IMG/VR virus record: IMGVR_UViG_3300047560_000851
Coordinates: 1 to 59,282 of that record
Direction: 5' to 3' (one strand)
DNA: 59,282 nucleotides
Source of the DNA: a virus
Lineage: Duplodnaviria; Caudoviricetes
The notes under the pieces are model-generated. The model saw only the letters and a list, made by a program, of their open reading frames with translations. It had not been told where the DNA came from and did not search any database. The position numbers were made by a program, and so were the translations under genes. Below are positions 8,985-18,182 of the stretch, piece by piece. Numbering within the stretch: the stretch's first letter is position 1; every line of letters starts with the position of its first letter.

Positions 8985-9122
8985 ATGCCGTTAAAAAAAG
9001 GTACTAGTCGCAAGACTATTAGTGAGAATATCAAGACTGAAATTGCTCACGGAAAACCCCCGAAACAAGCAGCCGCAATCGCATACAGCCTAGCTAGACG
9101 AGCTAAGAAAAAAACTAAGTAA
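8985..9122 (+). CDS. Small basic conserved phage protein ([16 protein letters not shown]...KQAAAIAYS)
   Basis: Hand-translated 45 aa; RBS GGAG; motif recurrent in phage head modules. Confidence 0.75.
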   Translation: MPLKKGTSRKTISENIKTEIAHGKPPKQAAAIAYSLARRAKKKTK

Positions 9123-9138
9123 CTCATCGGACTATATT

Positions 9139-9402
9139 ATGGATGAACAAACAAATTCACGGTTAGACAAAATTGACGAAAAGCTGGACAAGGTTAGTGA
9201 AGCTATTGTTTCGCTAGCTCGTATGGAAGAACGTATGATTACGTTGTTTAAGCGCATGGATGATTACGATTACAGACACGGCAAACTAGAAGAGCGCGTA
9301 GGAAATGTTGAAGTAAAACATGCATCTATGGCTTGGATTGAACGTGTTGTTTGGATTTTAATTGGCGCAATTGTGACCGGCTCTATAATTATCGGAAAAT
9401 GA
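9139..9402 (+). CDS. Coiled-coil protein with C-terminal TM helix (XhlA/holin-like)
   Basis: Heptad repeats followed by WIERVVWILIGAIV. Confidence 0.6.
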   Translation: MDEQTNSRLDKIDEKLDKVSEAIVSLARMEERMITLFKRMDDYDYRHGKLEERVGNVEVKHASMAWIERVVWILIGAIVTGSIIIGK

Positions 9403-9551
9403 AACAGTCTATTTTAAATAGTATTGTGTTCTGCGATAGATGCAACAAAGCGTTTATTCCAGAACTTGAAGGTGATAATAAAACTTGTGATGAATGTTTG
9501 TCGGAAGATGAACTAGAAGAGGATGCGGAAGATGTTCTTAAATTATTGTAA
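9399..9551 (+). CDS. Small zinc-finger protein
   Basis: CDRC...CDEC; ATGA overlap with the upstream gene. Confidence 0.5.
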   Translation: MKQSILNSIVFCDRCNKAFIPELEGDNKTCDECLSEDELEEDAEDVLKLL

Positions 9552-10029
9552 AAGAGTTCTGTTATTCATTCTAGGCCTACTTATTGGCGGTCTAATTGCA
9601 GTAGGAGTTTCGTATGCAGATGACACCACGATCAACTACAAGGGGCAACCAGTCCCGAGTGCAATGGCTCCTTCAATGTCAGCTTTCTCCCAGGATGTTT
9701 GTGCTATTGGTATTTCTGGTGCTGTTAATGGAGGCGTATTTTCCGTTGCTGGGGGCACCATGGCAACTGATCAAAATTGTGTGCAGCTTCGCTGGGCGAA
9801 GTTTCTTAGTGATTCTGGGCTTAAAGTAGCCGCAGTATCTGTAGCCTGTAGTTCACATAAATTCATTTGGCAATCAATGGAAATGAGCGGTAGCCCTTGC
9901 CCTATCGGCGGTGCAGTAGGTGATGCAGCTCGACAAGCATGGTACCAAATTCATCCAGAATGGTTTGAGGAATTATATGGCCGGTCTTTTACGATGCCTT
10001 TGGCTTCTTCTACTGCTAACAGGGAGTAA
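9523..10029 (+). CDS. Secreted/membrane-anchored Cys-containing protein
   Basis: Signal peptide ending SYA; SAMAPSMS..SQDVC motif. Confidence 0.75.
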   Translation: MRKMFLNYCKRVLLFILGLLIGGLIAVGVSYADDTTINYKGQPVPSAMAPSMSAFSQDVCAIGISGAVNGGVFSVAGGTMATDQNCVQLRWAKFLSDSGLKVAAVSVACSSHKFIWQSMEMSGSPCPIGGAVGDAARQAWYQIHPEWFEELYGRSFTMPLASSTANRE

Positions 10030-11347
10030 TGCTTATGCTTGGTACTGTACTTACACGCCTACGAGTCAAGGTTACATCAGCAATCTCCAATGCCATGATA
10101 TTGATCCTACGTACGCCGTCAATACTTATTGGTGTCCTTACCACCCTCAAGACCCGGTATGCGCACCTCAGGCTCCTGCTTGCGCTGACAGAACCGAGTA
10201 CCAATCGCTTGCATGCCAACCTCATTACAGTGGCGCAATTAATCAAGCAAGGACTTATTACTGTACGAGTCAAAGCTACAGTGCTTGGACAACAACTAGT
10301 GATAACTGTACGCCAGATGCTCCAACGTGTTCGCCAATGTCTACTACAGAGCAAAGACAGGCTTGTGGGGTTAATCAAGTCGGAACCGTTACTTTCAAAA
10401 GGGATTGGACTTGTCCAGACCCATATGGCGCCCCGATTGACTCTAATTGGTACGAAACTGCAAGGAATTGCCAACCAGCTCCTCCAACGTGTCAAGTCAC
10501 TAGTGAAAGTCAAACGCTAGCTTGTGGCGTTCACCAACACGGTAGCATAACGCAAACAAGAATATCGGCTTGCCCAGACCCTTACGGAACACCTGTATGG
10601 GGTGAGTGGACAACATTAACAAATACATGTGCGCCAGATCCGGCTACATGTACTGCAGCAATTAATACTAGGACGTTAACATGCCAAACAGGCTATACAG
10701 GACAAATATCAGAAACGCAGCAAGTAATGTGTTCCGACCCTTACAGTCAACCTATTATTGGTCCGTGGGTAGAAACTCAGAACACTTGCATGAAGAGCAT
10801 GACGAATCCAACCAACGTGTCGAGTCCAGTGTCGCCAGTGAGTCCAATAAATCCGATGAGCACTGCGGCACAACCTGTCACCGTAATAGAGACACCGCCT
10901 GCAGTGGAGCCGACCACTGTTACATCAACGCCTGCAAGCACCGAGCCGACACCGAGTGCACCAACTGCAAGTGCTTCAACTGCACCTGTGACAAAGACGG
11001 AGACCTCCCAAGCAAGCACGGCGACAGCTGCACCTGCCCAGTCTGCAGGGACTTCAACGACTACACCACAGCCATTGCAGACCCCGAAAGGGAAAGATCT
11101 AGTACCGGGATTTGGATTGGTAATGAGCTTAGAGCTGCTCAACGCCCCGATACAGATGCAACAAGCTCAATTGAATATATTACTGGACTACAATCAGGAG
11201 TTACCATATGAACTTAGAGGAAATCAAGACTTCTTACTCGAACTTATCAGCTACGGCAATAGCGATAATTTTTTCGGTATTAGCAACCGCAGGTGGGACG
11301 ATTTACGTAGGCATAACGACGTACAACCGTGTTATAGCTGCGACTGA
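9977..11347 (+). CDS. Secreted Cys-rich repeat protein with Pro/Thr/Ser-rich linker
   Basis: RBS GAGGA; signal peptide MAGLL...AYA; four ~54-aa repeats C..G.I.Q.R..C(PDPY)..W....C. Confidence 0.75.
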   Translation: MAGLLRCLWLLLLLTGSNAYAWYCTYTPTSQGYISNLQCHDIDPTYAVNTYWCPYHPQDPVCAPQAPACADRTEYQSLACQPHYSGAINQARTYYCTSQSYSAWTTTSDNCTPDAPTCSPMSTTEQRQACGVNQVGTVTFKRDWTCPDPYGAPIDSNWYETARNCQPAPPTCQVTSESQTLACGVHQHGSITQTRISACPDPYGTPVWGEWTTLTNTCAPDPATCTAAINTRTLTCQTGYTGQISETQQVMCSDPYSQPIIGPWVETQNTCMKSMTNPTNVSSPVSPVSPINPMSTAAQPVTVIETPPAVEPTTVTSTPASTEPTPSAPTASASTAPVTKTETSQASTATAAPAQSAGTSTTTPQPLQTPKGKDLVPGFGLVMSLELLNAPIQMQQAQLNILLDYNQELPYELRGNQDFLLELISYGNSDNFFGISNRRWDDLRRHNDVQPCYSCD

Positions 11348-11687
11348 AGCCATCGAAGGATTTAAGCCTTATGATGATAATGACTTAAAGCGTAATATGC
11401 TTGAAAAGAATGCGGCTCTTGAAGCCGAGAATGTACGCTTGCGCACGGAAGTTGATACTGCAAAGTCAGCGTTGCTACAGGCTTCAACGCAACTCGCACG
11501 AGTCCAAGAGAAGGCAAGCGAGGCAGCTATTGCTGCAACTGAAGCTAAGACAGTAGCACAAGGAACTTCACGCGAAACACAAGCGATGCTGGCATCAATC
11601 CGCGAAGAAGTACGTACTACAAAAGAAGGTCTAGAAGCTAAGATGAAAGCGCTTCAGAAGGCCACTACGAATCCGTTAGGGAGCTAA
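11208..11687 (+). CDS. N-terminal TM plus long coiled-coil protein (i-spanin-like topology)
   Basis: TM helix at about aa 15-36, coiled coil, C-terminal NPL motif; RBS AGGAG. Confidence 0.65.
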   Translation: MNLEEIKTSYSNLSATAIAIIFSVLATAGGTIYVGITTYNRVIAATEAIEGFKPYDDNDLKRNMLEKNAALEAENVRLRTEVDTAKSALLQASTQLARVQEKASEAAIAATEAKTVAQGTSRETQAMLASIREEVRTTKEGLEAKMKALQKATTNPLGS

Positions 11688-11689
11688 AT

Positions 11690-12187
11690 ATGTTAAGTAT
11701 TCTTTCAGGTTTATTAGGTATTGGCTCATCAGCCCTTCCATCTATTTTGCAGTTCTTCCAACAAAAGGGAGACCAAAAGCATGAGCTAACAATGGCTAAA
11801 TTGCAGACTGAACGTGAGCTACAGATGGCTCAGGCTGGTTTTGCATCACAAGAAAAGATTGAAGAAATCCGTGCTGATGAGATCTCAATGCAGACTTACG
11901 CTCAGGAGCGCGAGGCTTTATATAACCATGACATGAAGTTGATGGATAAGGCATCACAATCAACTGTAGATTTGAATGCTCGTGTGCGTCCATACATTGC
12001 GTTCACCTTTGTTTATCTGCTAGTATTTGTAGATGTAGCAGGGCTATGCTGGGCAATTTGGACAGGCGTTGATTTCAATACGGCGATGACAGAAGTATTC
12101 TCAGACGATGAGATGGCAATTGTAAGCTCAATTATTGGCTTCTACTTTGGCTCACGTCAATGGGAAAAGCATCGTGAAGGTAAGTAA
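11690..12187 (+). CDS. Holin (GTA 3TM-like)
   Basis: Hydrophobic N-terminus, VRPYIAF TM, IIGFYFGSR; overlaps the endolysin. Confidence 0.7.
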   Translation: MLSILSGLLGIGSSALPSILQFFQQKGDQKHELTMAKLQTERELQMAQAGFASQEKIEEIRADEISMQTYAQEREALYNHDMKLMDKASQSTVDLNARVRPYIAFTFVYLLVFVDVAGLCWAIWTGVDFNTAMTEVFSDDEMAIVSSIIGFYFGSRQWEKHREGK

Positions 12188-12740
12188 GAGACTAATTGAA
12201 ACGCTGAAGCATCATGAGGGCGTAAGATATAGACCATATCGGTGTAGCGCATTACTTTGGACAATTGGTGTTGGTCATGTACTTTACCCAGAACAAGCTA
12301 AGTATCCTTCTACACCAGAAGGAATGGCTGCAAGAAAAGCGTTTCAACTGAAACCAGAAGATAATAGAGTATGGAGTAAAGAAGAAGTTGACGAGTTATT
12401 GGCTAAGGATGTCATACGATTTGAGCGAGGGGTCGAACGCTTATTGTCAACTATTAAACTATCACAATCTGAATTTGATGCTCTGGTTAGTTGGAGCTTT
12501 AACGCTGGTTTGGGTGCATTACAGAAATCAACAGTCCGTCAAGCGCTTTTGCGCGGCGATAAGACATCGGCTATGCTCGTTTTTCTCGACTATTGCAAAG
12601 CTGGTGGGGAAGTAGTTGGCGGATTAGAAACAAGACGTAAAGACGAAACAGTTTTATTCTTTATGGATTCAGAAATGCCAGGCGCAGTTGCACAAAAGGT
12701 GGCAGCTCCTTCAAGAGCAAAACCAAAGAAGAAAAAGTAG
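12174..12740 (+). CDS. Endolysin, GH24 lysozyme with polycationic C-terminal tail
   Basis: HEG..E-X8-C-X5-T triad, TIGVGH, FDALVSWSFNAG, GLETRRKDE; GTG start chosen. Confidence 0.9.
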   Translation: MKVSKRLIETLKHHEGVRYRPYRCSALLWTIGVGHVLYPEQAKYPSTPEGMAARKAFQLKPEDNRVWSKEEVDELLAKDVIRFERGVERLLSTIKLSQSEFDALVSWSFNAGLGALQKSTVRQALLRGDKTSAMLVFLDYCKAGGEVVGGLETRRKDETVLFFMDSEMPGAVAQKVAAPSRAKPKKKK

Positions 12741-12763
12741 TACAATTTAACAAGGAGTAGTAT

Positions 12764-13126
12764 ATGAAAATCGGTGATTACATCTTAGCTTTATTTAATG
12801 CGCGTACAGCAGCGCATGTTATGCATTTGCAGGTATCAGGCCCAGGTAGTTATGCAGCACATAAAGCGCTTAACGAATTTTATGATGGTATCGTTGATTT
12901 GGCTGATGATTTGGCTGAAGCGTATCAAGGCTGTTACGGTCTGATTAAATTCCCTACAGGATATGTACGACCTGTAGGCGAGGCAATTCCTATGCTAGAA
13001 GACTTAAAAGAGAAGACAGTTGAGTGCCGTGCGGAGTTTAACGACGAACCACACTTGCAAAACATCATCGATGGTATTACAGCGCTTATTGACAGTACTA
13101 TTTACAAATTGAAGTTCTTGAAATAG
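12764..13126 (+). CDS. Ferritin/Dps-like four-helix protein (DUF5856-like)
   Basis: H..HL.....SYAAHKALNEFYD...D.LAEAYQG and terminal YKLKFL. Confidence 0.75.
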   Translation: MKIGDYILALFNARTAAHVMHLQVSGPGSYAAHKALNEFYDGIVDLADDLAEAYQGCYGLIKFPTGYVRPVGEAIPMLEDLKEKTVECRAEFNDEPHLQNIIDGITALIDSTIYKLKFLK

Positions 13127-13144
13127 AAAAACCAGTGTAGGTTG

Positions 13145-13173
13145 TTGACACAGCTTGGACTGTGTGGTATAAG
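13145..13173 (+). promoter_or_regulatory. sigma70 promoter for the head operon
   Basis: TTGACA-17 nt-TATAAG with a TG extension. Confidence 0.75.
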
Positions 13174-13179
13174 ACAACA

Positions 13180-13419
13180 ATGAAAAAAGATGTCGCTCTT
13201 TACCAATCCATGAATGTTATACGGACTTCCGATCAGTTGGAACCGTTCCGTCAATGGCTCAAAGACCAGCGAGAACAATCTCGAGATAGGCTTGAAACAT
13301 TAACGGGTGACGCCCTCCTGATCGAACAAGGTAACGCTCGTGTATACAAAACGATATTAGAGCAAATCGAGAATGCTCCTAAATTTCTCGAAAAAATTGA
13401 AGCGAGTAGTAGACCGTAA
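13180..13419 (+). CDS. Small head-module protein (probably leaderless)
   Basis: ATG 6 nt after the -10 box; QG.A..Y..IL motif; precedes scaffold. Confidence 0.7.
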   Translation: MKKDVALYQSMNVIRTSDQLEPFRQWLKDQREQSRDRLETLTGDALLIEQGNARVYKTILEQIENAPKFLEKIEASSRP

Positions 13420-13483
13420 AGTATCCGAATACTTGTTTATAAAACAAACTCGGAAACTGTAGTCGGCACGAAAGGAGAAAAAA

Positions 13484-14452
13484 GTGGAACAAGCATTACC
13501 AAAAGCAATTCAGGCTCAACTAGAAGAAGCAGAGGCAATTGAGAAGCAGATAGCGGCAGAACTTGCGGCTCCCAACGGGAATACCCAAGATGATGTTCCT
13601 AATCAGGCACAACCCGAAGCACCTGATGCTGATAAAGTAACAGAACCCACACCGACAGAGGTGAACGGTTTAGATACTGAGGACGACGGTTGGAAAAAAC
13701 GTTTCGACGTTTTAACAGGTAAGTACAACGCGGAAGTGCCGCGACTATACCAACAACTAAAAGACCAAGCACAAGCCCTAGAGGCGGTGCAAAAACAGTT
13801 GGATGATGCGAAAGCAAAACCAGCTGAACCAGAACCTAAACGTGAATCTTTGGTAACTTCTAATGACGAAGATACTTTTGGAAGTGATTTAATTGACTTG
13901 GCTCGCCGCGTAACCCGTGACGAAGTTGGCGCGTTAAACAACAAAATCGACAAGCTAGAAAGCATGCTATCTCAGATAACAGACCTTTCAAAACAAGTTG
14001 AAGTTGTTTCACAAAACCAAGCTGAATCAGTATCTGAACGATTCTGGAACGCCGTTGAAAAACGAATTCCTGGATGGAACGAGATTGATACAGACCAACG
14101 TTGGATTGAATTCCTGAATCAAGCACCGCAGTTCTCAGTGAAAACATATAGAGAATTGGCAGGTGAAGCCATCAATGCAGGTCAAATTGAACCTTTAGCA
14201 GCGATGGTAGATACATGGAAAGCTCAATCTGGCATTACAAGTCAACAAAATGCTAAACAAGAGTTGGCACGTCAAGTGGCTCCAACAAAACAAAACGGCT
14301 CGAATGTGCCGCAAGGTAAGAAGGTTTGGACTATGGCTGAGTATGAACGGGCTTATGACCCCCGACTTGGTGCAGAAATGTCTGAATCGGAAATCGAAGC
14401 GTTACAAGCCGAAGCGGACTTGGCCCTTACTGAAGGCCGTCTCCAAGCATAA
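13484..14452 (+). CDS. Capsid scaffolding protein
   Basis: Acidic coiled-coil protein before the MCP; WKKRFDVLTGKYNAEVPRL; C-terminal ALTEGR. Confidence 0.8.
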   Translation: MEQALPKAIQAQLEEAEAIEKQIAAELAAPNGNTQDDVPNQAQPEAPDADKVTEPTPTEVNGLDTEDDGWKKRFDVLTGKYNAEVPRLYQQLKDQAQALEAVQKQLDDAKAKPAEPEPKRESLVTSNDEDTFGSDLIDLARRVTRDEVGALNNKIDKLESMLSQITDLSKQVEVVSQNQAESVSERFWNAVEKRIPGWNEIDTDQRWIEFLNQAPQFSVKTYRELAGEAINAGQIEPLAAMVDTWKAQSGITSQQNAKQELARQVAPTKQNGSNVPQGKKVWTMAEYERAYDPRLGAEMSESEIEALQAEADLALTEGRLQA

Positions 14453-14511
14453 TGTTTGTTGGAAGCCATGTGTCTATTATAGTTTTTAAAATTTAAACAA
14501 GGAGAATTAAC

Positions 14512-15492
14512 ATGGCTGCAACATTTCCAGTAGTATCACCATTTAACACCAGTCCTTCATATTCTGGTTCATTTATCCCTACCTTATGGTCTAGCAAACT
14601 TAATGCTAAGTTCTATAAGGCTACAGTGTTTGGCGAAATCGCTAATACAAACTGGGAAGGCGAAATCAAGGGTATGGGTGACAAGATCACTATCAACAAC
14701 ATCCCAACATTGACAATCAATGCTTACAGCTCAGGTACTTCACTTTCATACGAAGTTCCAACACCAAGCACATTGACATTGAGCATCGATAAAGGTAAAT
14801 ACTTCGCGTTCCAACTAAACGATGTATTGGCTTATCAATCTCAAATCAAATTGATGGATATGTTCTCTAACGACGCTGCGATGCAAATGAAAATTGCAAT
14901 CGACTCAACAGTGTTGTACAACACATTCTCAGGCGCTGCTGCTGCTAATAAAGGCGCGACTGCAGGTGCACAAACAGGCGGTTACAACTTGGGTACAGAT
15001 TCTGCTCCAGTTACTTTGACTGCATCTAACGTGTTGTCAGTTATCACATCATTGTCAGCTGTTCTTGACGAACAAAACGTTCCAGAGACAGACCGTTGGT
15101 TGTTGATTGACCCAGCTACACGTCAATTGTTAATGCAATCTAACTTGGCACAAGCTCAATTCATGGGCGACAGCCAATCTATCTTGCGTAACGGTCGCAT
15201 CGGTCAAATCGATCGCTTTACTGTATATGTATCAAACAACTTGCCACGCGGCGCAGCTGCTAAAACATGGGCATCTGGTGACGGTACTGAAGGTAATGCA
15301 ACAGGTTCTACAGAAGTTAAACGTCGCGCAATTATCGCTGGTCACAAATCAGCAATTAGCTTTGCGTCACAAATGACTAAAGTTGAAACTGTACGTAACC
15401 CATCAGACTTCGGTGATTACATCCGTGGTTTGAATGTGTTCGGTTATGTTGTATCTAAAGATACATCATTGACATACGCAGTAGTAGCCTAA
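14512..15492 (+). CDS. Major capsid protein (P22 gp5-like)
   Basis: FIPTLWS...NTNWEGEI..GD.I.I, LDEQNVP..DRW, FGDYIRGLNVFG; strong RBS and biased codons. Confidence 0.92.
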   Translation: MAATFPVVSPFNTSPSYSGSFIPTLWSSKLNAKFYKATVFGEIANTNWEGEIKGMGDKITINNIPTLTINAYSSGTSLSYEVPTPSTLTLSIDKGKYFAFQLNDVLAYQSQIKLMDMFSNDAAMQMKIAIDSTVLYNTFSGAAAANKGATAGAQTGGYNLGTDSAPVTLTASNVLSVITSLSAVLDEQNVPETDRWLLIDPATRQLLMQSNLAQAQFMGDSQSILRNGRIGQIDRFTVYVSNNLPRGAAAKTWASGDGTEGNATGSTEVKRRAIIAGHKSAISFASQMTKVETVRNPSDFGDYIRGLNVFGYVVSKDTSLTYAVVA

Positions 15493-15498
15493 TCAGAC

Positions 15499-15525
15499 AG
15501 GGGGTGGGTAACACCACCCCTATTC
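15499..15525 (+). terminator. Hairpin after MCP
   Basis: GGGGTGG-GTAACA-CCACCCC followed by TATTCT. Confidence 0.55.
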
Positions 15526-15546
15526 TAAACATTCAAGGAGATTTTT

Positions 15547-15906
15547 ATGTCTTTAGCTAAAGAAATGGTAGCCAATGGGCTATTCGTTAGTGCAGCGAAA
15601 GCCGTGAATGGGTCTGTAGTTACTGGCATTACTGCAGGTACGACTCAAACACAAGCTGGCGCAACAGCTCTTACAGGTGCAACAAATGTTATTGGTACAG
15701 TAGGTACTACTAGCGACGGCGTTATCCTTCCTGTAGGCGAAGTAGGCGATTCAGTATTCGTACGTAATGGCGGCGCAAACACAGCAAAAGTATATCCAGC
15801 TGTAGGCGGCGCGATCAATGGCGGTTCAGCAAATGCATCTGTTAACTTAGCAGCAGGCGCGAGCGCATTGTATTACTACACATCAACAGTTAACGTAGTA
15901 TCGTAA
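15547..15906 (+). CDS. Virion structural/decoration protein
   Basis: Gly/Ala/Thr-rich beta protein directly after the MCP. Confidence 0.6.
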   Translation: MSLAKEMVANGLFVSAAKAVNGSVVTGITAGTTQTQAGATALTGATNVIGTVGTTSDGVILPVGEVGDSVFVRNGGANTAKVYPAVGGAINGGSANASVNLAAGASALYYYTSTVNVVS

Positions 15907-15948
15907 ATTAAGGGGGGTTCGTCCCCCTGCCCTTATTAGGAGATATAA

Positions 15949-16230
15949 ATGGCACATACTTTAGAAACCGTGATGAAACAATTAGGTGATGATGCCCAAT
16001 TGGTAGGCGGTCGTATTGTAGTATTCCGAGATGGTAAACATACAGACGTTGGCGGTATTGGCATGGCTGACGCAGTATTCTCATTGACAGAAGCAGGCAA
16101 AGCGTTGTTGGAAGATGCACCTGCTCCTAAAGCAGCGAAAGCTGATAAAAAAGCAACAGGTTTGAAGGCAGAAACGGCTCCAGCAGCCCCTGTAGTACCA
16201 GAAGACCTAGACTTTGGTGATTTAGCATAA
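15949..16230 (+). CDS. Hypothetical head-module protein
   Basis: RBS TAGGAG; 93 aa. Confidence 0.65.
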   Translation: MAHTLETVMKQLGDDAQLVGGRIVVFRDGKHTDVGGIGMADAVFSLTEAGKALLEDAPAPKAAKADKKATGLKAETAPAAPVVPEDLDFGDLA

Positions 16231-16231
16231 T

Positions 16232-16555
16232 ATGACTACATTTGCAGATATTGTTAGCCAAGCCCGTGTTTTATTGCAAGATACAGGTTCTGTTCGGTTT
16301 TCCGATGCAGAGTTAATGGTATCTGCGAATGATGCTATGCGTTTAATCCGACGCGTAAGACCTGATACATTCTTCGGTAATTACAAGACATCGATTTCAG
16401 ACTATATCCTTGCGGATACATTTCCAGTTGGTGTTGAGTTTGTACAGTCCGTCCGCGATTACATTATTGCATATGCGAACATGAGAGAATCTGAAGATGC
16501 GGGTACGACCCAAGACTTCATGGGTAAATTTGCTAGCGGATTGAAGACTCTATGA
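16232..16555 (+). CDS. Head-tail adaptor-like protein
   Basis: ARVLLQD...RFSDAEL...ND....RPD pattern. Confidence 0.6.
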   Translation: MTTFADIVSQARVLLQDTGSVRFSDAELMVSANDAMRLIRRVRPDTFFGNYKTSISDYILADTFPVGVEFVQSVRDYIIAYANMRESEDAGTTQDFMGKFASGLKTL

Positions 16556-17190
16556 TCAAATTTGAAGACATGCTTAATGACGTGTTGCCTGATGTCCCTG
16601 GATGTCAGAACGACCTAGCAATTAATGCGCTGCGTAATGCAGCTATTGAACTTTATACGAAGTCATGGATTTACACGCAAGCATGTGACCCACAATCAAC
16701 AGTTATCGGACAGGCAGAATATGATCTAGATACCTTTAATCAGTACAAATTGATTGGTATTGTTTCCGCTTCGATCGACGACGCGAATATCCTACCTGTA
16801 GGCAATACGTCGCTAAACAGATCAAACTTACGTTGGCAGGACGATACAGGTCAACCAACGAACTATTTCTCGTATGATTACACAACACTCAGGCTTTATC
16901 CAATCCCTGACAGAGTGAGTACGCTGAATGTAACCGTGGCTTTAACTCCAGCAAAGACGGCTACTGGAATTGAAAACTTTATCTACGACCTTTACTCAGA
17001 GCAGTTAGCTGCAGGGGCAAAGGCTCGTTTGATGCTCATTCCAAATAAACCATTTACTGATGTTAACTCATCTCGCGAATATCGCGCGCAGTTTGCTGCA
17101 GCAATTACTGATGCTAAGTGGAGAGCCCACAAATCACTAACAAATGCGCAGCTTCAAGCGGCACCACTAATTGTAATAAGGAGATCTTAA
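16552..17190 (+). CDS. Adaptor / tail tubular protein A-like
   Basis: VPGC...ALRNAAIEL, LRLYPIPD, AKARLMLIP; position in the morphogenesis module. Confidence 0.65.
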   Translation: MIKFEDMLNDVLPDVPGCQNDLAINALRNAAIELYTKSWIYTQACDPQSTVIGQAEYDLDTFNQYKLIGIVSASIDDANILPVGNTSLNRSNLRWQDDTGQPTNYFSYDYTTLRLYPIPDRVSTLNVTVALTPAKTATGIENFIYDLYSEQLAAGAKARLMLIPNKPFTDVNSSREYRAQFAAAITDAKWRAHKSLTNAQLQAAPLIVIRRS

Positions 17191-17191
17191 T

Positions 17192-17608
17192 ATGGCTGGT
17201 TTTTCAGACTACACAGCTCAGGCGACGATTAAATACTGGATGAACGGTACGGCAATGCCTGCAGTTACACATAGATATTTGGCTGTATTCACAGCAGATC
17301 CAAAAGACGATAATTCTGGGTCATCTAGCGAAGTTTCTGGCGCATGGTACGCACGACAACTTGCGGATACATGGACTACTCCAGTATCTAATCCAGACGG
17401 AACAAGCGGTACCGTTGTGAAGAACGACGTTCAGATCACATTCCCTGCAGTTTCAGGAAGTTCCGTAACTGTGACCCATTGGGGCCTATATGACGCGCTA
17501 TCTGGTGGCAATTTGCTTTATTCAGGCGCGCTAACTACTCCAAAAACATTGAATGCGTACGATGTACTAACGCTAGCAACGCAACAATTGGTGATGACTT
17601 GGTTGTAA
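17192..17608 (+). CDS. Tail-associated structural protein
   Basis: Y.A.FTADP....EVSG..YAR, ITFP, VTHWGLYDA..GGNLL. Confidence 0.65.
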   Translation: MAGFSDYTAQATIKYWMNGTAMPAVTHRYLAVFTADPKDDNSGSSSEVSGAWYARQLADTWTTPVSNPDGTSGTVVKNDVQITFPAVSGSSVTVTHWGLYDALSGGNLLYSGALTTPKTLNAYDVLTLATQQLVMTWL

Positions 17609-17611
17609 TAG

Positions 17612-18181
17612 GTGAACAGATATTCCCTAAACGCTAAGAGTGTAGGCTCAGGAGTCTCAGTACTCCAGAAATACATCACGGCGGCGGTTTCTGTTGTAGT
17701 TAATACATCAGCAACCTTTATCAGAACTGTTCAGATGGTGTCTACTACCGTAGTAGAAGAATCATCGAGCGTTCTTGCATACATAAAAGTCGACATCAGA
17801 GCAGTAAAAGATATTGTTGTAAATACAGTATCTTCAGTAGAAGTTGGATTGCAACACCTAGCGTCTTCTAGTATAGTAACTGGAGTAAATTCTTCAGTTA
17901 ACTTCTTACGAGTTACGTTTACTTCAGTAGCTCAGGCGGTTGTAAATAGTGTCACTGCAGGTTTCGGTTACGTGATGAATTTAGTCATGTCCCAGCCAGT
18001 GATGGAAGTAGCTGTAGCACCTCCAAGCGTTTTCGGTACATATGCTGATGATTCTCGGACTATTGTAGTAGATTCAGTTGATTCTCTAATAGATTTGGAT
18101 GCTCAATCTCGTGTAATTTATATTGATGGATTAAATGCTGCGATAGAAGTCCCGCCGCAAGATAGAAGTGTAGGAGTTTAG
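17612..18181 (+). CDS. Val/Ser-rich structural protein
   Basis: In-operon 189-aa ORF. Confidence 0.55.
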   Translation: MNRYSLNAKSVGSGVSVLQKYITAAVSVVVNTSATFIRTVQMVSTTVVEESSSVLAYIKVDIRAVKDIVVNTVSSVEVGLQHLASSSIVTGVNSSVNFLRVTFTSVAQAVVNSVTAGFGYVMNLVMSQPVMEVAVAPPSVFGTYADDSRTIVVDSVDSLIDLDAQSRVIYIDGLNAAIEVPPQDRSVGV

Positions 18182-18182
18182 A

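Noticed and set aside
10016-11211. Overlapping alternative-frame ORFs (10016..10513, 10029..10520, 10681..11211) as an embedded o-spanin
   Set aside because: No RBS, signal peptide or lipobox. They look like shadows of the Cys/Thr-rich gene.
15480-15546. Programmed frameshift or readthrough extending the capsid protein
   Set aside because: No slippery sequence; TAA is followed by a hairpin, and the next gene has its own RBS.
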